A stretch of DNA of 64,000 nucleotides, taken from a virus (Duplodnaviria > Caudoviricetes). The stretch spans positions 1 to 64,000 of the IMG/VR virus record IMGVR_UViG_3300037249_001405. One strand, written 5' to 3'. A program made the translations under genes and the position numbers. This document shows positions 1-9,784 of this stretch, piece by piece (positions within the stretch are counted from its first letter, which is position 1; each line of letters starts with the position of its first letter). The notes under the pieces are model-generated. The model did not search any database. It was not told the DNA's origin and saw nothing but the letters and a program-made list of their open reading frames with translations.

Positions 1-1424
1 GTTATTCTTATCAAAATATTACCGCCCTTGAGATTACTAAACGTGAATTTATTTTGATTACTTGACAAATACACACTCCAGGTTTGGTTATTTAACTCGA
101 CCATAGTCCAATTATCTCCACCATCTTCACTATACTCAACCTTACTAATCCATCTTACATCGGAAATATAAATAGTATAATCTCTACCTCTCAATTTGAA
201 AGTAATAGTTCTTTCCTTAAGTAGTTTCTGTCTCCAACCATCACTATCAGTATCGTCTTTACTTGTTGAGAATACTACTTCACTTGTATGTTCGTTTCCT
301 TGTGAAGTAGATTGATCAGAGATATTAGTATTTCCTATAAAAGCTAGATTGTCATAATCAATTATATAACCGGGATTACAGGTGAGTTGGAATTTACATT
401 CTGTAGCATCTTTAGCTAGACTAAAGAATCCATTTGGCTCTATATTAGCTGCTCCTTCTGGATCTACGTTAATATTAACCTTTGTAGTTAAGTAATCATT
501 AAATTTATTACTTAAAATCCATTTACTAGAAAAGCATGGAGTATTTCCGACATTATTGTTTCTAAGCGATATATACTCGTATGGTTTATTTTCCTCATCT
601 CTTCCAAATTCAACAACATCACCTAATTTATAAACGGTTTTTGGGTTGTATTTTTTATTATTTTTCCACCTATTTATTTTTTTGTTTAAAATAGGAGTAT
701 TTTCAACTACCTCTTCATAGCTTAGTATTGATCCTGATGATTTGTCAAAAAGAATTCTATTATCTTTTTCCTCAATTAAATTTATATTATTTAATGTACT
801 AAAAAATTCATCATTTCTTAGTGAATATTTGGGTTTATTTTGATTTGCATTATTGTCATCTCTCCAAATATTATATGTTAAATTTAATTTAGGTGTATTA
901 TAAGTCTCTAGGGTTAGTGTAATAAAAATAACTTTATTAAATGGAATTTCATCAGGTGTTAATTCCAACTGAATTGTGTAGTTATCTTTATCTCCTGTAT
1001 TATCTAATTTCAAACCAATCTCACTCCTCAAACAAACAAAATCTATATTTTCTGGAACTTTAACAACAATTAAAACATTTTTTTGAATTGTTTTAGAACC
1101 GAAATATCCGTAAATAGGATCAGTAGAAGATGCTGAATTTGAGTTAGTTGGTAAGAAATAATTATCTTCTATTTTAGATAAATCATCTGGATTATTTCCA
1201 ATAATTTCTTTACTTTCTTCATCCAGATAATTAATTAATTCGTCACTATTGAATTTAGATTTTTTTATTAATTCTGTAATTCCATATTCAATAAAATCAG
1301 AATCAATTATTTTATTATCACTATATTTATGTAAAATTTTTTTAACGGAATTATCCTCATAAAAAACAATTGAATTAATTCCGTTAAAATTTTCTACATC
1401 ACTATTATTTATTCTTGTAATCAT
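1..1424 (-). CDS. Baseplate/tail-associated protein, partial (runs off window start)
   Basis: Not in the ORF track. ATG at 1424 (MITRINNSDVENF...); the stretches I translated (start, middle, last 60 nt) are open in this frame. Contains YNPKTVYKLGDVVEF...YEYISLRNNNVGNTP...W, resembling small carbohydrate-binding-like modules. Follows baseplate wedge genes. Confidence 0.6.
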   Translation of the reverse strand, partial: MITRINNSDVENFNGINSIVFYEDNSVKKILHKYSDNKIIDSDFIEYGITELIKKSKFNSDELINYLDEESKEIIGNNPDDLSKIEDNYFLPTNSNSASSTDPIYGYFGSKTIQKNVLIVVKVPENIDFVCLRSEIGLKLDNTGDKDNYTIQLELTPDEIPFNKVIFITLTLETYNTPKLNLTYNIWRDDNNANQNKPKYSLRNDEFFSTLNNINLIEEKDNRILFDKSSGSILSYEEVVENTPILNKKINRWKNNKKYNPKTVYKLGDVVEFGRDEENKPYEYISLRNNNVGNTPCFSSKWILSNKFNDYLTTKVNINVDPEGAANIEPNGFFSLAKDATECKFQLTCNPGYIIDYDNLAFIGNTNISDQSTSQGNEHTSEVVFSTSKDDTDSDGWRQKLLKERTITFKLRGRDYTIYISDVRWISKVEYSEDGGDNWTMVELNNQTWSVYLSSNQNKFTFSNLKGGNILIRI

Positions 1425-1430
1425 TCTCTG

Positions 1431-1991
1431 TCATTGTTTAATTTCAGTTGCTGTAATTTCAATTACTTTATATGTAATTATTTTATTTCCAACTACATTT
1501 TTTATATTTTCCCCTAAATAAAAATCACCAGTAGCTGTATTTACAATAGCTGCATTAAAATAAAGTAAAGCATTTAAGAAATTTCTTAGTAAGTCATAAA
1601 ATAGGGTATCGTTCAAAGTATTTAATTCCTTGAACGATAGTCTAATTTTTTTAGGAGAGTAAAAGAAATCGTCATTTAATTTTAAATTTAAATAACTTTT
1701 CATATACTCTATAACTTTTACTGTTCCTTTTACAGAATAAAATAAGTGAGTTATATAGTTTATTATAGTATTGTAATCTCCTACTTTAATACTCTCTTCC
1801 GGTAAACAAAATTTTACAAATGTTTTTACCGGATCATTTGCGAGATAACTGTTATAACTCTCGAAGCTATCATTAATTTCTACTTCATTGTATGCCGGAT
1901 TATTCTGATATTCGTAAAGTAATTTATATAGCTGATTGAATATTCTTATATTATTACGTAAATGAACCGGTATATAAACATTCAAACTCAT
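1431..1991 (-). CDS. Baseplate wedge protein (gp7/P2 gpI-like)
   Basis: LFYSVKGT motif resembles the Y-x-x-KGT motif of gpI/gp7-type wedge proteins; directly downstream of the gp6-like gene. Confidence 0.5.
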   Translation of the reverse strand: MSLNVYIPVHLRNNIRIFNQLYKLLYEYQNNPAYNEVEINDSFESYNSYLANDPVKTFVKFCLPEESIKVGDYNTIINYITHLFYSVKGTVKVIEYMKSYLNLKLNDDFFYSPKKIRLSFKELNTLNDTLFYDLLRNFLNALLYFNAAIVNTATGDFYLGENIKNVVGNKIITYKVIEITATEIKQ

Positions 1992-1996
1992 TTGTT

Positions 1997-3424
1997 TTAA
2001 GAAGATTTAATAATTGAATTTATTTTTGCGGAAATATTAAAATAAACATTAGAAGAATCATTATAAATATCTTCTATGTTTGTTATTAATTCTCCATTTC
2101 TTATGTAATCTTTTGAGATACTTCTAACAATTTTTACATTAGATATTTTAGATATAAGTGATGAAATTTCAGATGCTTTTTCCTCTAAATTTACATCGAA
2201 TTTTTTACTATAATTATCTAGTATTGATTTAATTTCATCATTGACAGAAGAATTTTCAAATAACTCAACATCTATGTTGTATGTTACATCGTAGCAAATT
2301 CCTGGATTAATATATAATTCGTCTGTTACGAAGTAAGCATAACGATCTTTTAAGAATTGATCCTTTTCGTCTAAAGTTATTCTATCTTCTCCTTTTGGTA
2401 TGTAATAAATAGTTAGTAAAGATTCACCATTTTCATTACTTGTAAATTTATACGTAGTTCCTCCAGTTAGAACGATGTCCGGGAAATACTCTTCAAGCAA
2501 TGTTCCTATATCTGAGTTACTCCTTAAGATAGAATTTACGTATCTATCTCTATTTGCTTTATAGTGAATAGTTGGGACTTCATCGGGAGCTTCTGAATTA
2601 AGAGCTATTAAACCGGTAGTTAATTCTTCATAACCCATTTTATCCAACCACTTTTCATCAAAAGGTACTAATTCAGCTCCTTTTATAATAGCTCTCTTTA
2701 ATTCTGATGTATTAACAGAGCCTAAAGATACATACTTATAATAAACTGCATTAATACTCTTATTAGCCTCGTAAGGTGGGTTTGGAAGATACAATCTAGA
2801 GCCAAATGAGGGAAGTGTTAGATCAAATACTAAATCTTTTAAGATATGATCTGAGAAATTCCTTGTAAATTCTACACCTTCGCCATCTATTTTAACATAC
2901 ATGTCATTACTTAGATTGTCCTCAGTGCATTCTACGTAGTATTGTCCTTCCTCTGTAACCCAATTCTTTTCTACTTTCTGTTCTGCTAAGAAACCAATAA
3001 TAGTATAGTACTTAGGTTCACTATCAGTAGAAGGAGGTATGGTTATTGGAGCATTTACAGTATTGACATTACCATCTTTATCCTCTTCCAAGTAACCTAA
3101 ATAATAAATACTGAAATTGTTACTAGTTACAATCTCATCAAACAAGCTGAATGAGAAGTATTTATTAGGCTTGAATCTCAGTATAATTCTTGGACATTGA
3201 CCCCTATAAACACTATACATATCATTCATACAGTGTTGGATCTTGGAATTCATTAATACGGCTTTTTCTAACGATGCTTCTTGAACATAAGCAACATTTT
3301 CAACCTCAGAAATATAAGAAGCATTAGCCAACATTTGAACTAATACTTCTACGCTATCGCCTTGGAGATTTAGATTATTTGCTATACTTCTATATAAATT
3401 CCTATAATCTTGTAACGATTTCAT
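1997..3424 (-). CDS. Baseplate wedge subunit (T4 gp6/P2 gpJ-like)
   Basis: N-terminus GDSVEVLVQMLANASY...QEASLEKAVLMNS parallels the T4 gp6 N-terminal pattern; lies next to a gp25-like gene. Confidence 0.7.
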   Translation of the reverse strand: MKSLQDYRNLYRSIANNLNLQGDSVEVLVQMLANASYISEVENVAYVQEASLEKAVLMNSKIQHCMNDMYSVYRGQCPRIILRFKPNKYFSFSLFDEIVTSNNFSIYYLGYLEEDKDGNVNTVNAPITIPPSTDSEPKYYTIIGFLAEQKVEKNWVTEEGQYYVECTEDNLSNDMYVKIDGEGVEFTRNFSDHILKDLVFDLTLPSFGSRLYLPNPPYEANKSINAVYYKYVSLGSVNTSELKRAIIKGAELVPFDEKWLDKMGYEELTTGLIALNSEAPDEVPTIHYKANRDRYVNSILRSNSDIGTLLEEYFPDIVLTGGTTYKFTSNENGESLLTIYYIPKGEDRITLDEKDQFLKDRYAYFVTDELYINPGICYDVTYNIDVELFENSSVNDEIKSILDNYSKKFDVNLEEKASEISSLISKISNVKIVRSISKDYIRNGELITNIEDIYNDSSNVYFNISAKINSIIKSS

Positions 3425-3436
3425 TATTCTTTGTCT

Positions 3437-3769
3437 TTATGAATATTTTATAACTAACTCCTCTGAGGTAGTTTTATTGACAGATAAAACTAATTTTATT
3501 TTTTCATCGCTGATAATATCTAACGAAGATACACTAATCTGAACAGCATTCTCATCAAACATCTTTTGAATTTTATTGACGAGAATACCAACCCGATTAC
3601 GTATTTCGGTTACTAATTCAGATTTTAGTGTATCCGTTAGAATAAAATTAAATCCTATATCAGTTCCGGGAATATCTCCAGGTGCAATATTCAGATATAA
3701 TTTGAATAAATCAATGACATAAACTTCTATTCTATCTGTACTTTTTCCTGTAGATAATAAAAATTTCAT
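3437..3769 (-). CDS. Baseplate wedge / sheath initiator (gp25-like)
   Basis: 110 aa; PGDIPGTDIG resembles the gp25 GER-x-x-x-P-x-FG motif; upstream of the gp6-like gene. Confidence 0.55.
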   Translation of the reverse strand: MKFLLSTGKSTDRIEVYVIDLFKLYLNIAPGDIPGTDIGFNFILTDTLKSELVTEIRNRVGILVNKIQKMFDENAVQISVSSLDIISDEKIKLVLSVNKTTSEELVIKYS

Positions 3770-3771
3770 TA

Positions 3772-4653
3772 TTATTCACCTTTTCCTTCTAATCTTTCTT
3801 TTCTTGCTTTATATGCTTGGTATAAACCTGTAGCACTACCAGCAGCTGCAGCTAATCCGACAGGGGTAAGTACACCATTAACATTAGATCTTCTTCTTAA
3901 TTTTTTAACCAAGTCACTACTGATGTTCTTTCCACCCTTTTTAAGTTCATTATCAACCGCCTTTTCAGTCTTTCCTAGAAGAATATTACTAGTAATTGCA
4001 GAGCCAAGACCAGCTATTCCTGTGCTTAGTCCAATAGCTTTTGCTGTTCTCCAGTTTTTGTCTCTTCTTTCTTCATCAGCTTTTTCCTCCGCCTTATTAA
4101 ATTCCTTTTGGGCGTAAAAATAGCCATCAATGAAGTTAAATGTATAAGCTTTCTGAACTTCTGGATCTTCTGACTTAGATTTATGTTTCTTAAGTAAACT
4201 ATACAAGCCTGCAGCTGTTAAAGCTGTTGCTGTAGTAATACCGGCTGCTTTAATGGCGGTTTTCTCTCCCTTTGTAAGTTTATTCCACCAACCTTTTATG
4301 CCACCGCCAGAAGTACTTGATGTAGTCGATCCACTTCCACTAGAACTACCTTTAGAGCCAGCAGGCTCGGGAGTTTCTCCGTTAGTGGCTTTTCTTACAT
4401 TTTTCTTTGTAGTATCAGATACATTGGTATCATCAAAACCAGGAATATCATCGCCCTTAGCTGGGCCTTTATCTGCATACTCCCTCTGAGCTAGCATATA
4501 ACCATCTAAAAATGCAGATTCACAGAATTGTTTAACAGATTCATAGGACTCAGACATAGATTGATATCCTTTACCAGACTTACTGGTTACCCTTCCAGCC
4601 TCATATCCATGTTTATCTGCTATTATTTTTCTTTTAGTTCTTACTGTAGCCAT
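3772..4653 (-). CDS. Putative capsid-cargo protein with two Gly/Ala-rich membrane modules
   Basis: Two linkers (AFLDGYMLAQREYA, FIDGYFYAQKEFN), each followed by a module with hydrophobic Gly/Ala helices and a basic tail. Confidence 0.55.
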   Translation of the reverse strand: MATVRTKRKIIADKHGYEAGRVTSKSGKGYQSMSESYESVKQFCESAFLDGYMLAQREYADKGPAKGDDIPGFDDTNVSDTTKKNVRKATNGETPEPAGSKGSSSGSGSTTSSTSGGGIKGWWNKLTKGEKTAIKAAGITTATALTAAGLYSLLKKHKSKSEDPEVQKAYTFNFIDGYFYAQKEFNKAEEKADEERRDKNWRTAKAIGLSTGIAGLGSAITSNILLGKTEKAVDNELKKGGKNISSDLVKKLRRRSNVNGVLTPVGLAAAAGSATGLYQAYKARKERLEGKGE

Positions 4654-4662
4654 TTTTTATTA

Positions 4663-5448
4663 TTATCCATTCATAGGAACAACAGGAGGTAAGTTGTTTA
4701 GGTTTGGTTTAATTATATTATTTCCAGCCTGACTTATCCTTCTTTGCTCCAATTCTTTTGTTCTAATGAAATTCGTATTCTGTATATCAGAGGATTTTTG
4801 CGCAGCAATACCTTTTCTGGTAGCTTGACTTGCATTTGAGGCTTGTATTTTCGCTGCTTGTCTTTGAGCCCTCATTCCTTCATTTTTCTGAACGAACTGG
4901 GCCTTTTGAACCTCTCTTTGAGTTACCGCTTGTGTAGTAGCTGCTCTTCCATTTTGATTCATAGGGTTTTTATTATTATGTGTTTTCCAACCCATTCTAC
5001 GAGCAGTAGCAGCTTTTGTGATTGGTGGTGTAATAGCAAAAGATTTCTCTTTCTCTTTTTTCTTCTCATCAAGCAACTTCTTTTTTAATAGTTGTGATGC
5101 AACTACTCCAGCTAAGCCTGTGCTAGTTAAAAGAATCCCAGCCCCTCTTAATGCGGAACCATTATGCATAGGAACTGCTCCTGGTATTATACGCTTACCA
5201 TTTTTTACTCTATCCTCTATAAACTCCTTCGTGTGGTCTTTTTTAAGCTTCTTCATCTTTCTGCCTGCTAAGTAGGCATAAATACCAGTACCAGCCGTAA
5301 GACCACCTAATGTGGAAGCTAGATTTAAATTAGCTACACGATCTTTCTCCTCTTCAGTTAATTCAGGGTGATTTCCACCAAATATATCTTGTTTTAGAGA
5401 AAAGTGTTTAGCTTTATAATATTCTGTATTTCTAAGATCTATCAGCAT
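4663..5448 (-). CDS. Putative capsid-cargo glycine-zipper protein (likely start ATG 5448)
   Basis: MLIDLRNTEYYKAKHFS leader, internal EKSFA, two hydrophobic Gly-rich helices, Gln-rich C-terminus. Confidence 0.55.
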   Translation of the reverse strand: MLIDLRNTEYYKAKHFSLKQDIFGGNHPELTEEEKDRVANLNLASTLGGLTAGTGIYAYLAGRKMKKLKKDHTKEFIEDRVKNGKRIIPGAVPMHNGSALRGAGILLTSTGLAGVVASQLLKKKLLDEKKKEKEKSFAITPPITKAATARRMGWKTHNNKNPMNQNGRAATTQAVTQREVQKAQFVQKNEGMRAQRQAAKIQASNASQATRKGIAAQKSSDIQNTNFIRTKELEQRRISQAGNNIIKPNLNNLPPVVPMNG

Positions 5449-5917
5449 AATTTTTCCTCCTATCAAGTCTATCTTTAACTGAACTTCTTGTACCTATTCC
5501 ACCACCTAAAGCACCTAATGCAGCACCTATAGTGGCCATTCTGCCCATATCACCCCTAACGCTACCTAAAGCTGCACCAGAAAGAGCACCAGTAATAGCA
5601 CCAACGCTGCTTCCATGAAGTACAGATCGTCTGAGTATTTCCTTATCACTCTTCCCTTTCTTATCTAATTCTTCAGCTTTTTTATTACCAGCATGTCTAC
5701 CTAACGGACCTGATGCTACTATACCTAAACCAAGTAAGTTATTTGTATAAAGATCTTTCATCTTACTAGCACCCATTAATCCTGGTAAACCAGGGATAAC
5801 AGATCCTACTATACCTTTCTTAGTTTTATATTTAGATAGATCATCATCGTCATTTATATATGCTGGTTTTTTCTCTTCTTTTTTAGAAGAGTATAGCCTT
5901 GTTAATATAAATTTCAT
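5432..5917 (-). CDS. Putative capsid-cargo glycine-zipper protein
   Basis: MKFILTRLYS leader; GAITGALSGAALG and GAALGALGGGIG zippers. Confidence 0.6.
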   Translation of the reverse strand: MKFILTRLYSSKKEEKKPAYINDDDDLSKYKTKKGIVGSVIPGLPGLMGASKMKDLYTNNLLGLGIVASGPLGRHAGNKKAEELDKKGKSDKEILRRSVLHGSSVGAITGALSGAALGSVRGDMGRMATIGAALGALGGGIGTRSSVKDRLDRRKNYADRS

Positions 5918-5919
5918 TT

Positions 5920-6507
5920 TTAATATTCATTATCGTCATCATCCTCATCTTGTGACGTGAAATTATTATTTAGATGAGGTCTATCCTTATAAGCTTTTTC
6001 GTATTCTTTCTTCAAAATCTTCTTAAAAGAATCCGATTTCATAGCGTCTGAATCTTTCTGATAGAATTTACCCCAGCCATAAGCACCTAACGCACCTGTT
6101 CCTGCACCCACAGCAGCTCCTATTGGAGCCCATTTACTACCATGAAATAGGTAAGATTTAACTAGACCACCTAAAGCACCTGTTATACCACCAAAGATAG
6201 TTCCCTTTATTAACTGTCTTCTTCTATGTTTCTTTAATGCTCTTTTGTAAATCTCATCATCTAAGTCATCGTCGCTGATACCGTCATAGTCAGAATAATG
6301 TTTTTGAGCATGATAAGCACCTAGCGCTTTTTCCGCATCCTCTTTACTGTCGTAATGAGCATCCCAGAACTCAGGTGGATTCTGTTTATAGGAAATAATT
6401 CTCCAATCTCCATTTTGATCTTTTTGAATTACACCTTCTTTTTTACCTTTAATAGCTATATCACGTGGTACTCTTTCTCTGTAAAAACGTTCCCTTAATA
6501 TTATCAT
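5920..6507 (-). CDS. Putative capsid-cargo protein (small globular module + glycine zipper)
   Basis: MIILRERFY leader; GVIQKDQNGDWRIIS...HYDSKEDAEKAL module; QKHYS; GxxxG zippers. Confidence 0.55.
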   Translation of the reverse strand: MIILRERFYRERVPRDIAIKGKKEGVIQKDQNGDWRIISYKQNPPEFWDAHYDSKEDAEKALGAYHAQKHYSDYDGISDDDLDDEIYKRALKKHRRRQLIKGTIFGGITGALGGLVKSYLFHGSKWAPIGAAVGAGTGALGAYGWGKFYQKDSDAMKSDSFKKILKKEYEKAYKDRPHLNNNFTSQDEDDDDNEY

Positions 6508-6520
6508 TTTATTAATCGAA

Positions 6521-7018
6521 TTAATAATCCCTTCCCCTGAATCCGTTTATAGTACCGGTAATTCCGCCTAATGCACCTATACCTGCAGCACCCTTTAAAC
6601 CCCATTCAGGAATAGTATCCCAGTTACCTGTAATTGCTCCAGCAATAGCACCAGCACCGAGACCAAGAAGACCACCTTTCCATGCACCGTTGAATATTCC
6701 AGTAGCTGCTCCTTGAACAGCTCCTTTCACACCACCATCCGTGTCTCTAATATCACCAAAGACACCATTAGGATTATCTCCTCTTAGTGAAGCAGCAATA
6801 CCACGCAAATAACCACCAGAGAAGCGCTTGGTCTTCCTCTTTAAAGAGGATTTATTCTTTTTATCTTTATCATCATCTTTCTTATTTTTCCTTTTACCAA
6901 GTTTATCTGAAATATATTTGTAAGCATTTCTTGTTCTTCTCCTTTTACTTACTTCTTTAAACTCTCGCTTTAAACTGGATAAATCGGAAAAATTCTTATC
7001 TTTTATATATATAATCAT
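6521..7018 (-). CDS. Putative capsid-cargo glycine-zipper protein
   Basis: MIIYIKDKNFS leader, TKRFS, long GxxxG zipper. Confidence 0.6.
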   Translation of the reverse strand: MIIYIKDKNFSDLSSLKREFKEVSKRRRTRNAYKYISDKLGKRKNKKDDDKDKKNKSSLKRKTKRFSGGYLRGIAASLRGDNPNGVFGDIRDTDGGVKGAVQGAATGIFNGAWKGGLLGLGAGAIAGAITGNWDTIPEWGLKGAAGIGALGGITGTINGFRGRDY

Positions 7019-7086
7019 AGTGATTTTCAGATTAATTAGCTATAAATAAGGTATAAGTAGATAAAATAGAAAATTCAAACCATATT

Positions 7087-7185
7087 CCTTAAAAACCTTA
7101 TTCATGAAGAAAGTATAAATGTAATAATATACTTTCTTCTTTATTTTTCTAGATTTTTATTAACTTTTAAAAAACTACAAATATT
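7087..7185 (+). promoter_or_regulatory. Promoter-hairpin leader cassette, copy 1
   Basis: CCTTAAAAACCTTATTCATG; 12-bp hairpin 7106-7117/7128-7139; TTTATTTTTCTAGATT at 7140. Same architecture at 56531 and 58872. Confidence 0.6.
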
Positions 7186-7410
7186 ATGATGAATAATAAA
7201 TTTGACGACGTAGTACATCTCGTCGTCTACATCCTGAGCAAACTCTTCGGCATTGTGCTGATGGGTGGCTCTATATTAGTTATCAACAATTTATGGAGCA
7301 GTAACGTCGGAACACTGACTGGTCGAGTATTTACGACAATTGGGTTCGTAGCAATATTTCTCGGCGGAGCAGTTGTTTTTAACGCTATTAAAAAGAAATC
7401 AAACAATTAA
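7186..7410 (+). CDS. Small membrane protein (two predicted TM helices)
   Basis: 74 aa, two hydrophobic stretches, basic C-terminus. Confidence 0.6.
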   Translation: MMNNKFDDVVHLVVYILSKLFGIVLMGGSILVINNLWSSNVGTLTGRVFTTIGFVAIFLGGAVVFNAIKKKSNN

Positions 7411-7425
7411 TAATATTATTTTATT

Positions 7426-8517
7426 ATGGCAGCGAAAAAAACACCAGAACAGGAGCTGTATTACCAGCTCCATTCAAAATGGATGACAGCAGAGCAGCAG
7501 GAATTCATTGAAAAGACGTATTCCACTGTTGAAGAGCAGCTTGCTGCTGCTAGGGAGTGGAATGCTCAGGCAAAGGCTAACTCCGGATGCGGCAAAACCG
7601 GCGATAGTACTCAATTCTCTAAAGAATTCAATTGGAGAATTGATTATAAGAAGTACCATCATATAGAACCTGCACTCAAAAGGGGTTCTGTAAATGGTTT
7701 TGAGGATGGGGTTATACTCCCGTCTATTGAATTCAACCCTGAGGTTGATCCATTTCAAAATGAGAAGTGGTTTGCCTTTGAGAAGGTTGACGGCTCGAAT
7801 CACGGCGTGGTACTCGACCCAGTTTCGAAGAAAATTTACCCAAGAGGAAAAACATCTCGTGCGGTAAATAGCTTTGGATTTACTGAGTTTTTCAACCAAT
7901 TCACTTATGAGGTTGTTGAAAAAGCTATCAGTAAATACATCGAAATCACTGACAAACCTATCACATTGTTTCTTGAGTTCTTTGGGAAAGGAGTTCAAGA
8001 ACCTATAGGCTCAAAATACGATCCGATCAAGAAGCATTGCGCATTGATTGATATTCGTGTCGGTGATGACGAAAATCATAGAAACTATTGTTACTATGGT
8101 TTCCAAAAACCGGAGATCGTTGAAGGAATCTTCAATGAATTGATCGCTGGTGGAATAAAAGATATAGAACTTCCGAAAAGACTCCCTGATCTTACGCCAC
8201 AAACGGCTATTGATCTCGTTAGACTTGGGTTCTATTCTAATATCTTCTATAACAAAGAAGGTGAAAATATAGCTTCCAACCCTACAAAATGGGGTCCGGA
8301 CTATAAGCCTCAGTCTGCAGAAGGTATCGTAATCAAATACTTTGATGAAGATGACTATTGTCACTTTGCAAAAATCAAAGTAGTTGATTTCCGTAATTTT
8401 GACAGGGCTATTGAAAACGGTAAGATTACGCCTCCATCCCCTGACAAGTATTCTCCTATACCAGTATTGAAGGAGAAATACAAAAATAATAACTATAACG
8501 TTATTTTCATTAACTAA
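7426..8517 (+). CDS. RNA ligase-family (Rnl2-like) nucleotidyltransferase
   Basis: Motif I EKVDGSN, motif III LFLEFFG, motif IV AEGIVIK, motif V AKIK. Confidence 0.75.
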   Translation: MAAKKTPEQELYYQLHSKWMTAEQQEFIEKTYSTVEEQLAAAREWNAQAKANSGCGKTGDSTQFSKEFNWRIDYKKYHHIEPALKRGSVNGFEDGVILPSIEFNPEVDPFQNEKWFAFEKVDGSNHGVVLDPVSKKIYPRGKTSRAVNSFGFTEFFNQFTYEVVEKAISKYIEITDKPITLFLEFFGKGVQEPIGSKYDPIKKHCALIDIRVGDDENHRNYCYYGFQKPEIVEGIFNELIAGGIKDIELPKRLPDLTPQTAIDLVRLGFYSNIFYNKEGENIASNPTKWGPDYKPQSAEGIVIKYFDEDDYCHFAKIKVVDFRNFDRAIENGKITPPSPDKYSPIPVLKEKYKNNNYNVIFIN

Positions 8518-8828
8518 TGGAACCGGTTATAGTTAAAATCAATGGTCTCACAGACGACCAGATTTGGACGAAAGCTAAAAACTTTGCTTCTCAATTGAAG
8601 CAAGAGAAAGCTCAGTTCATCTCTGAAATCAAAGAGACCTATAACGATGTTGAACATTCAGCAGAAGTCTCAGGAAAGGCTTTCGGAATGTCAGCTAAAT
8701 TTGGTATTGCTGTTAAAAATGGCGTAATAGCTGTTGTAGCAACCGAAACCCCCTTTGGCTTTGGCCTTATTGAAAGCAAAGTCAAAGACAAAATTGAACA
8801 AACATTGCTTAAGTTGTTTAACAACTAA
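8517..8828 (+). CDS. Hypothetical protein resembling the polyhydroxyalkanoic acid system (PHA_gran_rgn) family
   Basis: ~100 aa with GKAFGMSAKFGIAV...PFGFGLIESKVKDKIEQTL, a pattern reminiscent of that family. Confidence 0.4.
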   Translation: MEPVIVKINGLTDDQIWTKAKNFASQLKQEKAQFISEIKETYNDVEHSAEVSGKAFGMSAKFGIAVKNGVIAVVATETPFGFGLIESKVKDKIEQTLLKLFNN

Positions 8829-8845
8829 GCAATTTCAAATATATA

Positions 8846-8890
8846 AAAACATACTTACTTTACAAACAGGTAAGTATGTTTTTTATTTTT
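8846..8890 (+). terminator. Rho-independent terminator
   Basis: AAAACATACTTAC...GTAAGTATGTTTT hairpin followed by a T-run. Confidence 0.7.
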
Positions 8891-8930
8891 ACACAAACCT
8901 TATTAAGAGAATTAAATATAATAAATTGAT

Positions 8931-9518
8931 ATGGCAAAAACGGTTTTAGGAAATTTATTAGTAAGTAACTTAACAGGTGGAGAAAATAAAACACCTGTTG
9001 AGAATATGATAGCATTTGTAGGTTGTATTGCTGATTTCATTACAGCTAATGTAACGTTAATAGGAACATTTACTGGAGCTACTACAACTACCCCTCCTGT
9101 TCCTATAACAGCAGTACCTACAATAGATGCTGTAGATGCTAGTGCATTGAAAGGACTGGCAGCTACGATAATTCCAGCTCCACCAGCACCAGGCAGTGAC
9201 GGAAGTGCTGAATGGATGGCTTGGATTATGCAACTTTATTCAGCAATAGCTACAGGAGTGTTAGTCATTGGAACTTCTATTACACCAACTCCTCCTATAC
9301 CTGCATTTCCAACAATGATTTCTCCAACATGGTCTAGGAATGATCTGAAAGCTGCGGTTGAGGGTGGTTCTAGTGATGTATTTGGAGATTGTATGGATGC
9401 TATGGCTAATGGGATAGTTAAAGATTTAAGTTTGAATTTTATAAAAACAGTACCTGGGATTTATCCAGGAAATTTTATTGGGGTTGCTACAATAACCTCA
9501 GCTAATATAATAAATTAA
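8931..9518 (+). CDS. Hypothetical virion (possibly baseplate/tip) protein
   Basis: Pro/Ala/Thr-rich, 195 aa, in a unit with the hub-like gene; function not recognised. Confidence 0.4.
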   Translation: MAKTVLGNLLVSNLTGGENKTPVENMIAFVGCIADFITANVTLIGTFTGATTTTPPVPITAVPTIDAVDASALKGLAATIIPAPPAPGSDGSAEWMAWIMQLYSAIATGVLVIGTSITPTPPIPAFPTMISPTWSRNDLKAAVEGGSSDVFGDCMDAMANGIVKDLSLNFIKTVPGIYPGNFIGVATITSANIIN

Positions 9519-9520
9519 TC

Positions 9521-9784
9521 ATGGAAATTAAATTTAATTGTGATTGTTGTGGCTTATGTTGCCTTAAAATAACAAAGATCCTTCCAGTTTTAGATAGAGG
9601 GGATGGTATTTGTAAATATCTGGATATAGATGAACATCTTTGTACTATATATGATACAAGACCAACTATCTGTAATATTGATAAATTTTATGATAAGCAC
9701 TTAAGCAATAAAATGAGCAGAGAGGAGTGGCACAATATAAACTACAAAGCATGTGATAAATTAAAGGAGGAAGCTTATGGCTAG
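9521..9784 (+). CDS. YkgJ-family cysteine-cluster (Zn/Fe-chelating) protein
   Basis: CDCCGLCC...CKYL....LCTIYDTRPTIC...AC cysteine pattern. Confidence 0.8.
   Translation: MEIKFNCDCCGLCCLKITKILPVLDRGDGICKYLDIDEHLCTIYDTRPTICNIDKFYDKHLSNKMSREEWHNINYKACDKLKEEAYG

Noticed and set aside
3772-7018. Bacteriocin/RiPP precursor cluster (leader + Gly-rich core)
   Set aside because: No double-glycine leader, transporter or modifying enzymes in the window. The motif is shared with capsid, scaffold and protease, which favours head maturation.
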